DNA of 62,000 bases from positions 6,324,001 to 6,386,000 of the forward strand of contig CM075988.1 of the NCBI GenBank assembly GCA_038087875.1. Reading direction: 5' to 3'. The position numbers were made by a program, and so were the translations under genes. The notes under the pieces were generated by a model. The model was not told where the DNA came from and did no database searches. It saw only the letters and a list, made by a program, of their open reading frames with translations. Each line of letters opens with the position of its first letter. The first letter of the stretch is position 1. The DNA comes from Malacoraja senta. Its lineage: Eukaryota. Below are positions 1 to 11,604 of this stretch, in pieces.

Positions 1-316
1 GGACAGGAGCCGGTTGTTGTTCCGAGTGCTCTGACTCTCCAGAATTACATGGAGGGATGCCTGGGGTGAGGGATTCCAGATGACCCGCACCTTGCGCCTC
101 ATACGCCTCTCAAGCACATCCATCCCAGAGTCCACTCTCCCCTCCAGCTCTGAGCTAGCCCGTTTTACCAGTTTGTCCAGCTTCTTGTTGTTTTTCGCAC
201 TGATGCTGTTGCCCCAGCAGACAACAGCGTAGAAATAACACTTGCAACCACAGTGTTGGTAAAACATGTACAGCATATCATTACGCACATTGAAGGATTT
301 GAGCCTTCTGAGAAAT
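1..316 (-). mobile_element. Rex1/Babar-clade LINE ORF2 C-terminal fragment
   Basis: Manual minus-strand translation FLRRLKSFNVRNDMLYMFY...FYAVVCWGNSISAKNNKKLDKLVKRAS resembles the Rex1 post-RT region; it runs off the window edge. Confidence 0.75.
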
Positions 317-513
317 AAAAAAGGGGGGAAAAAAATGTATACCATGCCAGTGTACTACTACTGTGTGTGCCATCTCAGTGTACTACTACTATCCATTTGT
401 ACTGTATGTGAGATGCTTATCTGAGATGTGTCTATGTTTCTATGTACAGTGATACTTGTACTGAACTGTACACGGAAAATAATTTCACTGTACCTCGGTA
501 CATGTGACAAATA

Positions 514-822
514 GGGCGGCACAGTGGGCGCAGTGGTAGAGTTGCTGCCTTACAGCGTCAGAGACCCGATTCGATCCTGACTACGGGTGCTGTCTGTGTA
601 GAGTTTTGAACGTTCTCCCTGTGACTGGGTGGGTTTTCCCAGGTGCTCCGGTTTCCTCCCACACCAAAGACGTACAGGTTTGTAGGGTAATTGGCTTTGG
701 TAGAGATTGTAAATTGTTCTAGTCTGTAGGATAGTGCTAGTGTACGGGGTGATCGCTGGGTCGGCGCGGACACGGTGGGCCGAAGAGCCTGTTTCCGCAC
801 TGTAATATCAACTAAACTAAAA
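514..822 (+). mobile_element. HE1-like tRNA-derived SINE
   Basis: tRNA-like head (A-box-like GGCGCAGTGG, B-box-like TTCGATCC), central TGCTCCGGTTTCCTCCCAC domain, CR1-like 3' end GGGCCGAAGAGCCTGTTTCC and (TAAAC)n tail. Confidence 0.85.
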
Positions 823-851
823 AGTCAAGGGGAACCCACTTGGTCACAGGG

Positions 852-947
852 AGATGGACGCAAAGTACTGGAGTAACTCAACGGGTCAGGCAGCATCTCT
901 GGAAAAAAGGAATAGGTGACGTTTCAGGTCGAGACCCTTCATCAGAC
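852..947 (-). mobile_element. Short Penelope-derived terminal-repeat insertion within a SINE
   Basis: Matches the 3' end of the GIY-YIG element at 3202-3880; 11-bp TSD TGGTCACAGGG at 841-851 and 948-958. Confidence 0.75.
918..945 (-). ncRNA. Minimal hammerhead-ribozyme-like motif (Penelope type)
   Basis: Minus strand reads CUGAUGA-A-GGGUCUCGACCU-GAAAC-GUC: hammerhead core boxes, helix II hairpin and palindromic ACGU helix III. Confidence 0.6.
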
Positions 948-1890
948 TGGTCACAGGGTGAATGTGCAAACTCCACATGGACAGCACTGGAGTTCACGGT
1001 CGAGCATCGATAATTGGTGCTGTGAAGTAACGACTCTACTTGCTCCACTGCTATGCCTCTGAGACCTGGTTCAATCATCCCCTCGTTATGTGGCTCACAA
1101 TAATGATTCCTTGATCCAGCTGATACAGTCCTGTTGATTTGCAAAGAAAGTGAAAAATCTAATCTTCGGCCCTGACTTTCCCTTGCTAATTCTCTGACTC
1201 ATTCGCCTCTGAAGCTGTATTTTCCATGACAGTAGCCAGGAGGCAGAAATTGCAGCAAGACTTGTTCGGTTGCATTTGCTTGATGGCTTCCATCAACATT
1301 CATTTAACAAGCCCAGCGTTGATTCACTCCTGCTGAGCGGTTTGACGGACTGCTTGCACAGATATTCATCTTTAAAACTATTCCTCTTGGAACTCTGCTG
1401 GGTTCGGGCCCATTAACAATGTTGCCCAGAATTTAAAAAACATGGCCGGTTGCCCGATGTTGCTGAAAGTTGTCATCTGGTCCTACTTTTGTGTAATCAT
1501 TTGCTCTCCTGTGATTCAAAATCCTGGCATTCTCCAGTGACTGCAGGAGAGAGGAAGATTGGGGAGAGGGGATGTGGGAGAGGGGTGGAACAGATGCCGA
1601 TTCAGATTACTCCCAAAATATTGGCAACTTCTCTGCCTCAGTAATTCATCAGTTATGTTTCACTTAAATGCAACACAAGTTGCTGGGGTGGGGGGGGGGG
1701 GGGGACTGCACACCATATAATGGTTGATCGAGAAAGTTTTTTTAAATGGGAGCTTGGTGTCATTTTCGAAGCATTTTCCACTCATAGTCTGAGGAGCCTG
1801 ATTCCTCAGCGGTCGGTAATCCCCCTGCACAGAACCTCAAATGACAGGGAAATTACAATCAGGCTTTATTTCTGAAGAGATTCTTTTTCT

Positions 1891-2140
1891 GTTTTAGTTT
1901 AGTTCAGAGATACTGTGTGGAAAACAGGCCCTTCGGCCCACCGAGTCCATGCAAACCAACGATCCCTGAGCACTAACACTATCACACACACTAGGAACAA
2001 TTTACTGTTTTTATCGAAGCCAATGAACCCACGCGGTCACGGGGAGAATGTTAAAACTCCGAGCAGACAGCACCCGGGTCGAACCCGGGTCTCTGCCGCT
2101 ATAAGGCAGCAACTCTACCGCTATGACACCATGCCGTCCC
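1891..2140 (-). mobile_element. HE1-like SINE, internally deleted
   Basis: Reverse-complement SINE head and tail; the central domain is missing. Confidence 0.75.
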
Positions 2141-2199
2141 AAAGGCTGATTCTTGCCCTCCCCTTCCATTGAAAACGCTACATTCATTCTGTTCTTTGT

Positions 2200-2740
2200 A
2201 TTAGTTTTTAGTTTTTAGAGATACAGCAATGTAAAAGGCCCTTCAGCCCACTGAGTCCATGCTGACCGAAAGCACCACTAATTGAATGTTATCCCACTTT
2301 CTCATCCACTAGGGGGAATTTACCTACAAACCAGCACGTCTTTGGGATGTGGAAGGAAACCCACAGGTTCACAGGAAGAATGTGCATACTCCACACAGAC
2401 AGCACCCGAGATCAGAATTGAATTTGGGTCTCCGACGCTGTGAGTTTAGGTTAGTTTCGCATTAGTTTAGATATACAGCGCGGGAACAGGCCCTTCGGCC
2501 CACTGAGTCTGTGCCGACCCGTTACACTAGCACACTAGGGACAATTTACAATTTTTACCGAAGCCAATTAACCTACAAACCTGGACATGTTTGGAGTGTA
2601 GGAGGAAACCAAGGCACGCAGGAAAAACGCATGCGGCCATGGGGAGAACGCACAAACTCACGAACAGAACTCGTAGTCAGGATCGAACCCGGATCTCTGG
2701 TGCTGTGAGGCACCAACTCTACCGCTGTGCCGCCGTGCGC
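2200..2740 (-). mobile_element. Two adjacent HE1-like SINEs (about 2200-2443 and 2444-2740)
   Basis: Two (GTTTA)n tails, each followed by a reverse SINE body; GGATCGAACC B box in the second copy. Confidence 0.8.
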
Positions 2741-3101
2741 CTTGTGCGTTTCATTAATGAGCTGCTGGCCTTGCAGTAAGAGTGACAATGTTGTAGTTAT
2801 TATTATTCCCATCATTACAACACTTCAGAAGAACTTTATAGGCCATGTGGGGAGCTTGTGAAAGATGATCTATATAGGTCAGGTCCAACTAAACTCTGAG
2901 GCTGCGAGACATTATGCTCCTCACCAGCAAGGCTCTCAACCCCCTGAGTGAACCTGCATCTATAGAGATAAAGAGAAACTGAGCAAGCCAGGCCCACCTT
3001 GTACACTCCACCACTGCAGTCCCACAGTGTTCGTCACCTGGCCAGTGTACTAGCTGCTGAGCCAATGGTCACTTTAAATAGCTTTACATTTTTGAGCTAG
3101 T

Positions 3102-4075
3102 CACAGAGTCGCAGAGTCATACAGCATGGAAACATACTTGCCCACGCCCCTTCTACACTGGTCCCACCTGCCTGCATTTCGCCCATATCCCTCTAAACCT
3201 AAATCTAAATCCCTCCGCGACTCCCTGGTCAACTCGTCCCTTCCCACCCAAACCACCCCCTCCCCAGGTACTTTCCCCTGCAACCGCAGGAGATGCAACA
3301 CTTGTCCCTTTACCTCCCCTCTTGACTCCATCCAAGGACCCCGACAGTCTTTTCAGGTGAGGCAGAGGTTCACTTGTACCTCCTCCAACCTCATCTACTG
3401 TATCCACTGTTCCAGGTGTCAACTCCTGTATATCGGTGAGACCAAGCGCAGGCTTGGCGATCGTTTAGCTGAACAGCTCCGCTCAGTCCGCCTTAACCTA
3501 CCTGATCTCCTGTTGGCTCAGCACTTCAACTCCCCCTCCCATTCCCAATCTGACCTTTCTTTCCAGGGCCTCCTCCATTGTCAGAGTGAGCCCCAGCACA
3601 AATTGCAGGAACTGCACCTCATTTTTCGCTTGGGTAGTTTACACCCCAGTGGTATGAACATTTTCTCCAACTTCAAATAGCCCTTGCTTTCCCTCTCTCT
3701 CCATCCCCTCCTCCTTCCCAGTTTTCCCACCAGTCTTACTGTCTCCGACTGCATTCTATCTCTGTTCCGCCCACTCCCCTGACATCAGTCTGAAGAAGGG
3801 TCTCGATCCGAAACGTCACCCATTCCTTCTCTCCAGAGATGCTACCTGTCCCGCTGAGTTACTCCAGCATTTTGCGTCTTCCCTCTAAACCTATCCTATC
3901 CAGGTACCTGTCTGAATATTTCTTAAACGTAATGATAGTACCTGCTGCAACTACCTCCTATGGCAGCTTGTTCCATACAACTAGCACCCTTTGTGTTAAA
4001 AAGTTTCCCCTTATGTTCCTGTGAAGCCTTTCGCCCCCCCTCACCTTAAACCCACGTCCTCCAGTTCTCGATTCT
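3102..4075 (-). mobile_element. CR1 LINE 3' fragment split by a Penelope insertion
   Basis: ORF 3958-4212 contains FKVRGGERLHRNIRGNFLTQRVLVVWNKLP (CR1 ORF2 C-terminus); the 3' UTR continues at 3102-3201. Confidence 0.75.
3202..3880 (+). mobile_element. Penelope-like retroelement 3' fragment with GIY-YIG endonuclease
   Basis: FTCTSSNLIYCIHCSRCQLLYIGETKRRLGDR...HFNSPSH GIY-YIG domain preceded by CxxxRCxTC; stop at 3680; hammerhead motif at 3790-3817; 13-bp TSD CCCTCTAAACCTA at 3189-3201 and 3881-3893. Confidence 0.9.
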
Positions 4076-4251
4076 TTCTTTAAATAGCCCCAAACACATT
4101 GAATCACTCCTAGAGTATATTTACACACTCTTCTCATCCTATCCTGGTTCATGACAAAGTCTAGATGGTGAAATTCTGCAAGTTTTGTATGTCGGAGGCA
4201 CCACTGCCTCACACTGAGACCTGCAAACGTACTTGCTATTGAAGGAAAAGG

Positions 4252-4430
4252 GAACTACAGCTGCTGCTTTACAAAAAAAAAAGACACAAAGTGCTGGAGT
4301 AACTCAGCTGGTCAGGCAGCATCTCTGGAGAACATGGATAGGTAACGTTTCGTGACAGGACCCTTCTTCTTATCCATGTTCTCCAGAGATGCTGCCTGGC
4401 CCACTGAGTTACTCCAGCACTTTGTGCCTT
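4252..4430. mobile_element. Penelope-derived inverted-repeat (hairpin) element
   Basis: CACAAAGTGCTGGAGTAACTCAG...CTGAGTTACTCCAGCACTTTGTG arms in inverted orientation. Confidence 0.75.
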
Positions 4431-4435
4431 TTCTC

Positions 4436-4740
4436 GGGGCGGCACAATGAGTGGCTGCCTTACAGCGCCAGAGACTCAGGTTCGATCCTGACTACGGGTG
4501 CTGTCTGTACGGAGTTTGCACGTTCTCCCCGTGACCATGTGGGGTTTCCCACGGCTGTTCTGGTTTCCTCCCGCATTCCAACAACGTACAGGTTTGTAGG
4601 TTAATTGGCTTTGGTAAAGATTGTAAACTGTCCCTAGTGTGTAGGATAGTGCTAGTGTACGGGGATCGCTGGTCGGCACGGAATCGGTGTGCTGAAGTGA
4701 CTGTTTTCACACTGTATCTCTGAACTAAACCAAACTAAAA
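4436..4740 (+). mobile_element. HE1-like SINE
   Basis: GGTTCGATCC B box, central domain and (TAAAC)n tail. Confidence 0.85.
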
Positions 4741-5091
4741 AGATGCTGCCCAAGCCACGGAGTTACTTGAGTCTCTGTTTTTGATTTCCAATGGTGACAT
4801 GATTGCATTAAGGGGTGGGAATCCTTGATCCTTGCTAAACCTCAACCTAACTCAAAAGCATTTAGACTCTCGCAGACCTTATCATGTCCCCACTGCTGAC
4901 AGAGGCTGATTTTAGATTTAGCAATACTTTCCTCAATATTCTGGCTCAGCTAACAACAAAAGCACTGCAGTTATATCAATGCAATATATTATCATTTCGA
5001 GAAAAATATCAAAGAAAATCTGAAACTGAGCCTTAATCAAGACAGGTGATCAAATGTAGTGGATGTAAGAATGTCACACCAGAATGCCCAG

Positions 5092-5308
5092 TCATAGAAT
5101 CCAAGAGTCATAGGCCCTTCGGCCCAACTTGCCCATGCCGACCAATATGCCCCATCCACACTGGTCCCACCAGCCTGCAGTTGACCCATATCCCTCTAAA
5201 CCTTTCTTATCCATGTACCTGTACAAATGTATTTTAAATACTGTCATAGTAGCTGCCTCAACGACCTCCTCTAGAAGCTCGTTCCATATGCCTACCACCC
5301 TTCGTGTG
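5092..5308 (-). mobile_element. CR1 3' end fragment
   Basis: VVGIWNELLEEVVEAATMTVFKIHL...GLEGYG, CR1 ORF2 terminus. Confidence 0.75.
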
Positions 5309-5419
5309 AACTCAAGTGTGGGACACCGTTGATAGATTAGCTGGTATTTTCAGCCATTTTGCATTTTGTTTAAAGAGAATTTACAAAGAAAATTCACTGT
5401 TATTTTAACTAAGAGGTAG

Positions 5420-6592
5420 CAGATAGAGTCATAGAGTGATACAGTGTGAAAACAGGCTCTTTAACACAACTTGAACAAGCCAAAATGCCCCACCTAAATT
5501 AATCCCATTTGCTCGCATTTGGTCCGTATCCCTCTAAACCTTTCCTATCCATGTATGTCCAAATATCATAAATGTTGTTATTTTCCCTGCCTCATCTACT
5601 TCCTCTGGCAGCTTGTTCCATATACTCCCCGCCGTCTGTGTGAAAAACATGTTTGTCAGGTTAGATCTTTCTCTTCTCATCTTAAATGGATGCCCTTTAG
5701 CTCTTGATTCACCGACCTCAAGAAAAAGATTGTGCATTTACCCTATCTATTCCCCTCATGATTTTATACACCTTGATGAGATCACCCCTCAGCCTCTTGC
5801 TTTCCAAGGAATAAAGTCCTAGCCTGTGCCTTCCTAAAGCTCTGCCCCTCAATCTTCTCTGAATTCCTTCCGGCTTAAAAAACATCTTTCCCAAAGCAGG
5901 ATGACAAAACCTGAATACAGAATTCTAACTATGGTGTCACAAATGTGTTGTACAACTGTGACGTGATGTCCCAACTCTATTCTCAATACCCTGAATGAAG
6001 AAGGCTGATGCACCAAAAGCCTTCTTGACCATCCTTAGGCCCACCTCGGTCATGGCTGACCATGGGTGTCTCCAGGGTTGGAGGCCGCCTGTGCGTGACT
6101 TCGTTTAACGTGGGGAGACTGGTGCACAGACAGCCACCACACGGTCCTTGACAGATCTGGGTCAGGATCCAGTGGCATGGAGTCCAAGACGACCTGGAGA
6201 CCGTTTTCCGCCGCAGCGTTCATCCGCCTTCCCAGCCGTTGTGATGCTCCACTAAGGTCAGCCATCGTCCTCCGCCTATTCCACCGTCGAGGTCTTGCTC
6301 TTCCACCGTCGAGGTTGGATTGCTCTTTGTCAGAGTCCTCCCCCTCGACCTTACCACCATGGGTGGCCCTACCAGAAACATAGCTCCAGATGGCATCGCT
6401 CTCAGGATCTCAGGACCACTCAAGCTTCTCCACCACGACAAGGTGACAATCCACGGAGAAGTTGACCATCCAATCTCTCTGTAACACCATTTCCAGGGAA
6501 CTATATACCTGTACTCTTAGATTGTTCAGATCTATAACAATTTCCAGGACCCTACCCTACCTACACTGTGAAGATCCTGCCCTGGTTTGACT
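5420..6592 (-). mobile_element. CR1 LINE fragment interrupted by an RTE-derived element
   Basis: FFTQTAGSIWNKLPEEVDEAG motif; the degenerate ORF2 continues on both sides of 6035-6461. Confidence 0.75.
6035..6461 (-). mobile_element. RTE-clade-derived non-autonomous element
   Basis: Minus strand begins TCACCTTGTCGTGGTGGAG...CTGGTAGGG...GACAAAGAG, resembling RTE/Expander 5' UTRs from memory; 10-bp TSD TTGACCATCC at 6025-6034 and 6462-6471. Confidence 0.6.
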
Positions 6593-6599
6593 TAGACAT

Positions 6600-6735
6600 C
6601 AAGTTTTATGGAAAGGTTTAGAGTGATATGGGCCAAATGCAGGGAGATGGGGCTAGCTCAGAGGGGGAATTTTGGTCGGCGTGAACAAGTTGTGCCAAAG
6701 GGACGATTTTCGGGCTGTACGACTCTTTGACTCTG
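6600..6735 (+). mobile_element. CR1 3' UTR fragment
   Basis: GGTTTAGAG..ATATGGGCCAAA...GCTGTACGACTCTTTGACTCT tail, the same as other CR1 ends here. Confidence 0.6.
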
Positions 6736-7639
6736 TGCCTCTAAAGTTCTGCCAGACAGTTTAAAGAAAATAAATTGTGCAAAAAAATCAAATCATTAGG
6801 CGGATACATAAAAAAACAAAAACTTGCAACATGGAATCAGACCCTTCAGCCCATGAGTCCAGGCCAGCCCTCAGCCACACATTCAATGACGGTTACATGG
6901 TTTGCAGAAATGGCCCTGATATCTGAATAGGTATATGTGATAATAAAATCACTTTCCATTCCTAATCTTGTCTCATGGTTGCCTTTTTTTCTTAATGCAG
7001 AAGATATGTTGAATCATCAAAGAACATGTTTGGTGCTTTCTTACCCCTGGGCAACTCCAAGCTCTTAGTGATCAATGATGTCAGTGAACGAACTTGTGAC
7101 TGTTCCACCGTTGATCAGAACCACACCTGACCTTTCCCATCTCAAATCCTTTCCCTGCAATTTTCTGGGAGAAATTTAAAAATCCCGTGTCTGTTTCCCC
7201 TGCACTAAACTGCTTGCATCCGTTTGCAACCTCGCCATCTGAAAGTTTGCAAGGATAATCGGAGAAAAGCAGGCCTCAATTGAAGATTGGAACCATCTTT
7301 GGCCTTTGGTTTGCACCAACTCCTGGCCTGTAATAACTTGGAACACTTGTTTACATTCCATTAACTAGAATCAGATGGCGGGGATCAGCCACTGCAGTTA
7401 CTCTCTATAAATTATCCCAGCGTCAGTCTACCTCCAGTCATTCAGTGCAAGTGTTTTAATTGCATGCACTTTGTGTTAAAATGACAGTGCAATTTCCAGC
7501 AATTCACTTGAAGAGATTCAGGATAAAGTCCACATTTTAACACCAAGTAGGTTGCAGGTCACAGACTGGTCAGTATTAATAGAGTGAGCGGGAAGGGAAG
7601 GTTGTTAGCTGGTCTCAAGCCAAGGTCCACCTGAGCTAG

Positions 7640-7849
7640 GTGTAGGTAGGATCTGCAGATGCTGGTTTAAACCAAAGATAGACACAAAATAACTCAGTGG
7701 GTCAGACAGCATCTCAGGAGAAAAGGAACAGGTAATGTTTCGGGTCATGCCCATTAGTCTGAAGAAGGCTCTTGACCTGAATCGTCACCGATTCCATTTC
7801 TCCAGAGATGCCGTCTGGCCCACTGAGTTGCTCCAGCTTTTTGTGTGCG
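7640..7849. mobile_element. Penelope-derived inverted-repeat element
   Basis: Inverted arms with a degenerate CTGAAGA motif; flanked by a CCTGAGCTA direct repeat. Confidence 0.7.
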
Positions 7850-8087
7850 CCTGAGCTACTTCAGTTGGGAAGTGGTTTAATAGCTTGATGCACAGAGGGA
7901 ACTTAAGTTCCAAGTGCATTGAAAATGCCCTGGCAATGGCAGCACAAGTAGATAGAGTGGTAAGGGAAGCATATGGTACGCTGGCCATCATTGGTCAGAG
8001 CATTGAGTATAAGCATCAGGAAGACATGATGCAGCTTTATAGGACTTTGATTAGGCCATGTTTTGAGTATTGTGTGCATGCACGACA

Positions 8088-8350
8088 GCAAGGCAGCACA
8101 GCGGGCGAGTTGCTGCCTCACAGCGCCAGAGGCCCTGGTTTGATCCTGACCTCGGGTTCTGTCTGCACAGAGTTTGTACGTTCTCCCTGTGACCGCGTAG
8201 GTTTTCTCTGGGTGCTCGGTTTCCTCCCACACTCCAATGACGTACAGGTTTGTGAGTTAATTGGCTTCAGTAAAATCGTAAAACAGGGTGGTCGCTGGTC
8301 AGCACGGACTCGGTGGACTGAAGGGCCTGTTTCTCCACTGTATCTCTAAA
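8088..8350 (+). mobile_element. HE1-like SINE inserted in CR1
   Basis: SINE head, central domain and tail interrupt the CR1 reading frame. Confidence 0.8.
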
Positions 8351-8654
8351 GTCAAGAGTCTAAAAATTCTGGTTGCCCCGTTACAGGAAGGACATGGAAG
8401 CTTTAGAAAGGCCCAGAAGATGTTTACCAGAATGATGCCTGGATTAAAGGGTGTTAGCTATCGGGAGAGGTTGAACAGGCTTAGTTTGTTTTCTCTGGAA
8501 CACCTGATAGAAGTATTTAAGATTATGAGATGGAGAGAAAGGGTAGACAGTCAGAACCTTTTTCCCAGAATGGAAATGTCAAATAGTAGAGAATATAGTT
8601 TTAAGTGAAAGGGCCTGTAAAGTTACACGGCAAGTTTTACACAGAGAGGGGTGA

Positions 8655-9388
8655 TGATAATTGTTCATTTCTAAGCTTCCCCTTAGTCCATTTTCAGTAA
8701 AAACACTGAATCAAGCACTTGAAACAACTACATTTTATTTTAACAAAAGCGCGTCACAGTTCAACTACTGTACCGATCCCACCGCGGGTTCGATCCTCGT
8801 ATCTGCCTGTTCAAGCCCTCTAGGCCTCGCTCAGACAGAGACACTCCAGAAGTTCACGCAATCCCGAGTGCTCTTCCAGAAGATCAACGCTGAGCCTCAT
8901 GATCGCGGAATTTTATATGTCCCGGGACCACGGGGGTGGTCTCTTAATAACCCAATTACAGATATCGATTAACCCTATACATAACAGGCATTCCCCTAAC
9001 CTAATACTACAACAGCTCAACACATTGTATTCGTAAGGAAGCCAACTTAGAAACATTTACCCTGGTCTACAGGAAACACAGACAAGGCTCAACACCTCAT
9101 CCAATCAACACTCGGCAAAGTAGAACTCTGCAACATTAGTTACAAGATGTATGTCTGGTTTGCAGCCATCCAATCCATTCTATGCATTTTGTACCTAATT
9201 GACAGGGTTTGCAGATGTTCTTATTCTTTGCTTGCAAATTGTATCTAAGCTCCAGACACACTGGCACCTCTTCGCATCTTGTCCCAGCTCTATAGAGAGC
9301 AATTCCAAATTGACCAAATCTCCCAGCAGCCCTGAAGCTTTTACCCCATTTTGAAGTCCTAGCCTCTCCAATTTAGCCAGGATTAACA
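8655..9388 (-). mobile_element. Solo LTR (Gypsy or ERV type)
   Basis: TG...CA termini (TGATAAT / ATTAACA); 4-bp TSD GTGA at 8651-8654 and 9389-9392; removal restores CR1 sequence; minus-strand TATAAAA at 8911-8917 and AATAAA at 8734-8739. Confidence 0.75.
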
Positions 9389-9984
9389 GTGAGTGCCTGC
9401 AATGTGCTGGAGGGAGTGGCAGTGAAGGCAGATACAATAGTGGCATTTAAGAGGGAATGGAAGGATATGAACCATATGCAAGCAGGGGAGACTAGTTTAT
9501 CTTGGCATCGTGTACAGCATGGACATTACGGGCCAATGGGCCCATTCTTATTTTTTACACGGTTCTATGTTCTACACTTTCTCCCTCACAACAGTGTTGT
9601 ATTTCCATGTTCCACATTGGAGAGGAGATTATAATACACAGGGTGAGTACTTGGCAGGATAGATGGAGGGACATCTATCAGACCCAAACCAAAAGCTTGT
9701 CCAAGATGGAAAAGTGAAGAAGTTCAAGCGATCCTGACAGCTGTTTATCCCCCAAAGCCTTCATGTGATGATACGCACTGACACCTCAAAAATGGTGAAA
9801 AGAAAATGGTTTACAATTTCATTGGTCACAAAATCCAAACAGAAAATGGAGGTATATTGATGGAAAAAAATATTAAATATTGATAAATGTAGTATGATTT
9901 TTAATTGACATGTTAACTCTCATTCAATCTCATTATAATCAGATAGTCCGATTGGATGTTTAATTCCTATTTATGGAAGCTTAA

Positions 9985-10160
9985 AAGGGCCTGTCCCACT
10001 TGGGCGTCACGTGTGCGTAATTTACGCGTCATCATTTACGCATCACGACGCGCGCATGGTACGTGTTACGCACACATGGTGCGTGGTGACATAGGCAGTG
10101 ACACATGGTCGCGTGCCAACTGCGTGACGCGCAAATTACGCCCAAGTGGGACAGGCCCTT
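9985..10160. mobile_element. PIF/Harbinger-like MITE
   Basis: 22-bp TIR AAGGGCCTGTCCCACTTGGGCG, TAA on both flanks, CpG-rich interior. Confidence 0.7.
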
Positions 10161-10266
10161 TAATCTGCACTGTTCGTAGCTGTTTCCTACATTACATCAC
10201 TACTGCAGGTGTTATATCAAGACACACAGTATTACACCCAGACACTAAAGCAAGTCTTTAGCTCTA

Positions 10267-10760
10267 ATGATGATGGTGATAATACTTGATTATCACATGT
10301 ATCTATATATATAGGCACACTGAAATTCTTCCCAGTAAAATCATACAGTAGATAAGCACAATCATAGATAAGTACAAAAGTGCAACGATAGTAGTGCAAA
10401 AGTAGACCTCACCGAGACAGTACACAAAGAGTCGCCACGTTTCCAAAAAGTATCAAAGTTGTTAAGTGTACTATGTATCTTGGCCTTAAGGGACCCATTG
10501 TCCAGGCAGCACCGATCTTCCCCTACGTCCACCGCCATCTTGAAAATGGCCCGTAATCCAACGTCCGCCGCCGTAGCCGACTCCCTCCACCCTCCTCCCC
10601 GATTCCTGGTCATCGGGGTTGAGCAGGGAATGAGGCTCGGAAGACTCCAGGTGGGTTCCCAGCTCCACGGCGGGTGAGCCAGGCCTGCTGTCGTGGCTCG
10701 AGGCTCGCCCGGGACCTTCTGCCGCCAATAAGGAGACGCAGAGATCATGACAGGCGCCAT
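10267..10760 (-). mobile_element. GC-rich non-autonomous retroelement with Rex1-type 3' tail
   Basis: Minus strand starts ATGGCGCC, has a GC-rich body, and ends GAATTTCAGTG...ACATGTGATAATCAAG plus an (ATC)n-like tail. Confidence 0.45.
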
Positions 10761-10789
10761 ATGCCATTCATGATTGTCTTCAAAAATGG

Positions 10790-11165
10790 GCACGAAATGC
10801 TGGAGTAACTCGGCGGGTCAGGTAGCATCTTTGGAGAAAAGCAATAGGTGATGTTTCGGGTCGAGACCCTTCTGCAGACTCAGGGAAGAAGGAAATGAGA
10901 GATATGAAAAGGTATAAAGAACAAATAAATGAAAGAGCAAATCAAAGCCAGCAACGATGATTAAGGAAACGTGAAGCCTATAATTGTCCATTGTTGGCTG
11001 TGGAGAAGGTGATAATGAGTGGATACAAACAGTGAAACTCAACAGGATGACAGTGAAACTAGTACAACGACTAGGGTGGTGGAGGGACGGAGAGAGAGGG
11101 AATGCAAGGGTTACTTGAAGTTTGAGAAATCAATATTCATACCGCTGGGTTGTAAGTTGCCCATC
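10790..11165 (-). mobile_element. Penelope-like element 3' fragment
   Basis: Minus strand GGGCAACTTACAACCCAGCGGTATGAATATTGATTTCTC matches the end of the GIY-YIG ORF, followed by 3' UTR and terminal repeat. Confidence 0.8.
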
Positions 11166-11604
11166 CTTCATACATCATACTTCACGCAGTCGCTATTTTT
11201 GAGTCCTCTGCAAATTTTGACATTATGGCATTGTCCCAACACTGAATCATTTGGGACATCACCCACTTGACAGATACTCATTACATCTTCTTTGTTCTCT
11301 GCTTTTTAAGTGTCTTTTCATCCTTGCAGCCCTACTCATGAACACTTAACTTTATCAAGAAGCCACCTACACACTTCTACATCAAAAGTCCATTTTATCC
11401 TTATCTGCAAGATTTCATTGAAGATTTTCATATTTTTTCAAGATATCAACGAAACATGGTTCCTGTGAGTTGCCTCCGACATAGTAACAGTCCTTAACAA
11501 ACCCATATACTTTTAAGAGTGTATTTGTGATATTGATCATTTATACTAAGTTACCGAGTATTTCTTTGTCAGATCCATCCTTTCCTTTTTGCACAGAGGG
11601 AATA

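Larger units (their letters stand above)
7930..9572 (+). mobile_element. CR1 LINE fragment with nested SINE and solo LTR
   Basis: AQVDRVVREAYGTLAII...LYRTLIRPCFEYCV, then FTRMMPGLKGVSYRERLNRLSLFSLE, then VAVKADTIVAFKRE and 3' UTR; colinear across the insertions. Confidence 0.85.
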
